In this document: positions 53,886 through 56,518 of the stretch, piece after piece | How positions within the stretch are numbered: the stretch's first letter is position 1 | How the letters are laid out: each line of letters begins with the position of its first letter | NCBI GenBank assembly: GCA_964604085.1 | Contig: CAZRXN010000001.1 | Coordinates: 1-56,518 of the forward strand | DNA length: 56,518 bases | Source: an uncultured Candidatus Saccharibacteria bacterium | GTDB lineage: Bacteria; Patescibacteriota; Minisyncoccia; Phycocordibacterales; UBA2100 | Direction: 5' to 3' | The notes under the pieces: model-generated | The model's database searches: none | Told to the model about the DNA's origin: nothing | What the model saw: only the letters and a program-made list of their open reading frames with translations | Translations under genes and position numbers: made by a program

Positions 53886-54818
53886 ATGTACGATCTCGCG
53901 ATCATTGGCGGCGGACCGGCGGGCGTTGCAGCCGGCGTGTACGCGGCGCGCAAGCGCTTGCGGACGGTATTCATAACGGAATCTTTCGGTGGTCAGAGCG
54001 TGGAGTCCCTGGAGATTCAAAACTGGATCGGCACAGAAAAAGTACCGGGCCCCGATCTCGCCAAGGCGCTCGAGGCGCACCTGCGCGCTTACGCGGGTGA
54101 CGTTGTGGACATACGCGCGGGAGAGCGCGTGCAGAAGCTCGAGGTCATCGCGGGCGGCTTTAAGACGACGACAACGAAAAGCGCCTACGAATCGCAGACC
54201 GTACTCGTAGCGACCGGCGGCATCCGCCGAAAGCTGGAAGTTCCCGGGGCGGAGCGCTTTGAGAACAAGGGCGTTACCTACTGCGCATCCTGCGACGGTC
54301 CGCTCTTCGCAGGAATGGATACGGTGGTGATCGGAGGCGGCAACGCGGGATTCGAGACCGCCGCGCAGCTCCTCGCGTATGCGAAGTCCGTTACGCTCAT
54401 TCACCGCAGCGCCGCATTCACAAAGGCCGACGCCTCCACAGTGGAGGCTGTCCTGAAGCATCCGTCTATGCGTGCCATGCTCAATACCACTCCCGTAGAG
54501 GTGAAGGGTGACAAGATGGTCGAGTCCGTCTCGGTCAAGGACGGTAGCGGCGTTGTTTCCGATATTCCCGCCGCCGGCGTATTCGTGGAGATCGGCATGA
54601 TTCCCGCGACCGATTTCGCGAAAGACCTCATCGAGCTCGACGAGATCGGGCGCATTCCCGTGGATCCCCGCTCGCAGCGCTCCTCGCTCTCCGGTCTCTG
54701 GGCCGCTGGCGACTGCACGAACGGCCTCTATCACCAAAACAACATCGCTGCGGGCGATGCCGTCAAAGCACTCGAGGATATCTACCTATTCGTGCGAGCG
54801 AACGCTCCTCGCGACTAG
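53886..54818 (+). CDS. trxB: thioredoxin-disulfide reductase
   Basis: DLAIIGGGPAGVAAGVYAAR, redox-active CASCDG, and a second dinucleotide fold VVIGGGNAGFE. Confidence 0.9.
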   Translation: MYDLAIIGGGPAGVAAGVYAARKRLRTVFITESFGGQSVESLEIQNWIGTEKVPGPDLAKALEAHLRAYAGDVVDIRAGERVQKLEVIAGGFKTTTTKSAYESQTVLVATGGIRRKLEVPGAERFENKGVTYCASCDGPLFAGMDTVVIGGGNAGFETAAQLLAYAKSVTLIHRSAAFTKADASTVEAVLKHPSMRAMLNTTPVEVKGDKMVESVSVKDGSGVVSDIPAAGVFVEIGMIPATDFAKDLIELDEIGRIPVDPRSQRSSLSGLWAAGDCTNGLYHQNNIAAGDAVKALEDIYLFVRANAPRD

Positions 54819-55843
54819 AGCACCGGCTCACGACGGCCGCGATTTCCAAAAAGCCAACCCACCGCGGAAAAGCGGTCGTACCCGTAGAGCAGGAACGCCC
54901 CCGCGAGCGCGAAGAGGATGATGTGCGGCCAGAGCGCTTCGCGGAAGAAGAGCATTGAGAGCGTCAGCCAGAATATGAGAAAGAGCGCCGTGTGTCGTAT
55001 CTCGATCCCCAGGAGCAGGAGGAAGCCAGCAAGAAATTCGATGATCGCCGCCCCAAGCACGACGAACTCCGGTGAAAATGGCGCGAACAACGCGTAGCTC
55101 GTGAGGTCGTACTTCTCGACGACGGAGAGCGCGAGCGAGTTGTGCAGGAATTTCGCATAGAGCGACGCATACATGATCGAAAAGCCAAACGCCGCGCGCA
55201 TGATGCCCCACCGCATCGCATAGAGACGCTGGAGCCAGCCAGCGGTTCGCGCGGACGTACTCTCCAGCGCGAGAAAGACGAGAAGGCCCGCATACTCGAT
55301 GTAGGTGAGGAGATAGGAGCCCTCGCGTGCGAATGCGGCAACATATGCTGCAAGGCCGAGGGCGGCGGCGAGGCGCGTGTAGTAGCCGAAGAGGAGCGCG
55401 ATCCCCGCTGCGCCGAGCGCGAATTGCAGCGGGAGCGCGAAGGCACCAAATAGCCGCCCCATGGAGAGCTCCGGACCGAAGAGCGCGCCTTCCAGCGCGA
55501 AAGAGAGAAACGCCGCGCCGCCGCCCAGGCGCGCGATGAGCGGCGCGTACGTCTTGGCGCGCATGAGCGCCGGACGCGCCGCATCGATGAGCCGGCGCGA
55601 TATGGACATGGCGAATACCGTCGAGACGATGACCGCAGTTACGAAAGCCCAGAACAGGAACTGCGAGGCATTCGCGGCAATCACCGGCCACGGGGGCATC
55701 GCTGGCGCCTCAATGGCACGGGCAACCTCCTCGGGCGAGAGCACGTACACCTCGTGCGCGTACGCACTCGTCGCGTACGCCAGCATGCCGAGGGTCGTGA
55801 GAATGAAAAGAAGCCCGCTCCAGGCAAAGGCCGAGCTACGCAT
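54815..55843 (-). CDS. polytopic membrane protein with a DoxX-like C-terminal half
   Basis: Signal/TM plus about 8 helices. EFLAGFLLLLGIEIRHTALFLIF resembles the DoxX family. Convergent 4-nt overlap with trxB. Confidence 0.55.
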   Translation of the reverse strand: MRSSAFAWSGLLFILTTLGMLAYATSAYAHEVYVLSPEEVARAIEAPAMPPWPVIAANASQFLFWAFVTAVIVSTVFAMSISRRLIDAARPALMRAKTYAPLIARLGGGAAFLSFALEGALFGPELSMGRLFGAFALPLQFALGAAGIALLFGYYTRLAAALGLAAYVAAFAREGSYLLTYIEYAGLLVFLALESTSARTAGWLQRLYAMRWGIMRAAFGFSIMYASLYAKFLHNSLALSVVEKYDLTSYALFAPFSPEFVVLGAAIIEFLAGFLLLLGIEIRHTALFLIFWLTLSMLFFREALWPHIILFALAGAFLLYGYDRFSAVGWLFGNRGRREPVL

Positions 55844-56474
55844 TGTTTTGTTTGGCCAGGAATTCCCGACCGTGCCCGACTTCGACGTTTATGGGTATGC
55901 CCCGCTTGCACAGTATGCAGTCGTCCGGCTGCCATGATTCGAGCTGTATGGACACGAGCGACTCGAATCGGGGCGGCTCCCCTATGTCTTGCGCCTTCAC
56001 GTCGCCGCGATTACAAATGACGGCGACACCCCGTACGTCCGCACCGCACTCTCGCGCGGCGCGAATGACTTTCAAGATGGAGCCCCCGGTCGTGGTGAGA
56101 TCCTCGACGACGAGCGTCTTTTTACCCTTGATCACGCTATCGTATCCGCGCTTCAGGATGAACCCTCCCTGCCCGTCCTTGTCGGCGTACACTGCATTTG
56201 TCGTCTTTCTCGTGAGTTCGGCTAGGTGGTAGGCCGTCCACTGCGAGAGAATAGCCGCGCCGATCGCGGGCCCGACGACGACCTCGATTCCCTCGCCTTC
56301 GAAGCGTCGGGCGATCTCCTCACAGAGCTTGGAAGTCTCTTTCGGGTATGTGTAGAGCGCGTCTTTATTTATATACGTGTCGCTATGCAGGCCGGATGTA
56401 AAAACGAAGTGGCCGGAGCGAAACGCACCTGCGTCTTCGAGTATGCCCAGTACATCTTGCTCCGATAGCGCCAT
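55836..56474 (-). CDS. pyrE: orotate phosphoribosyltransferase-like (type I PRTase)
   Basis: SGHFVFTSGLHSDTYI and the PRPP loop TLVVEDLTTTGGS. Confidence 0.75.
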   Translation of the reverse strand: MALSEQDVLGILEDAGAFRSGHFVFTSGLHSDTYINKDALYTYPKETSKLCEEIARRFEGEGIEVVVGPAIGAAILSQWTAYHLAELTRKTTNAVYADKDGQGGFILKRGYDSVIKGKKTLVVEDLTTTGGSILKVIRAARECGADVRGVAVICNRGDVKAQDIGEPPRFESLVSIQLESWQPDDCILCKRGIPINVEVGHGREFLAKQNNA

Positions 56475-56518
56475 ATGGTCTTCATTGTACCAATGCGGTG
56501 CGCAGGAGCATATCGATC

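Noticed and set aside
52575-54737. 720-aa ORF on the minus strand
   Set aside because: It is antisense to ftsZ and trxB, both of which carry canonical signatures. It is a shadow ORF.

Overview
Visibly GC-rich, very gene-dense bacterial chromosomal window. Most of it is housekeeping: topA, gyrA, dnaX, dprA, serS, infB, rbfA, rpsA, rpsU, rpmG, pth, lepB, miaA, ybeY, ftsQ/A/Z, clpB, relA/spoT-type, parB, trxB, galU, pyrE-like.

The short IF-2, the many small two-TM 'pilin-like' proteins and the compact overlapping genes suggest a Patescibacteria/CPR-like (Parcubacteria-type) genome. That placement is inference only.

I hand-folded eight tRNA genes: Gln-TTG, Leu-CAA, Trp-CCA, Tyr-GTA, Cys-GCA, Leu-TAA, Lys-CTT, Leu-TAG. 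I also found two small CDSs missing from the ORF track: rpmG and a 50-aa Zn-ribbon protein.

Most interesting observations:
1. A 36-bp block made of three tandem copies of the 12-bp perfect palindrome TAGTATATACTA occurs at three intergenic loci (22435, 35016, 48361).
2. tRNA-Tyr and tRNA-Cys are each followed by a homologous structured insert. Each insert ends in a direct repeat of that tRNA's T-loop-to-3'-end segment, which looks like att sites or a miniature element.
3. An orphan solute-binding-protein gene is translationally coupled to a tandem array of five paralogous small two-TM (VirB2/T4SS-pilin-like) genes. A sixth, leaderless pilin-like gene abuts tRNA-Tyr.
4. A lower-GC islet bounded by tRNA genes carries a frameshifted membrane gene.
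5. A minimal sortase substrate lies about 7 kb from a class-F-like sortase.

Long ORFs antisense to gyrA, clpB, ftsZ/trxB and others are GC-driven shadow ORFs and were rejected. Coordinates of hand-mapped RNA, repeat and hairpin features may be off by 1-2 nt. No database search or computation was possible.
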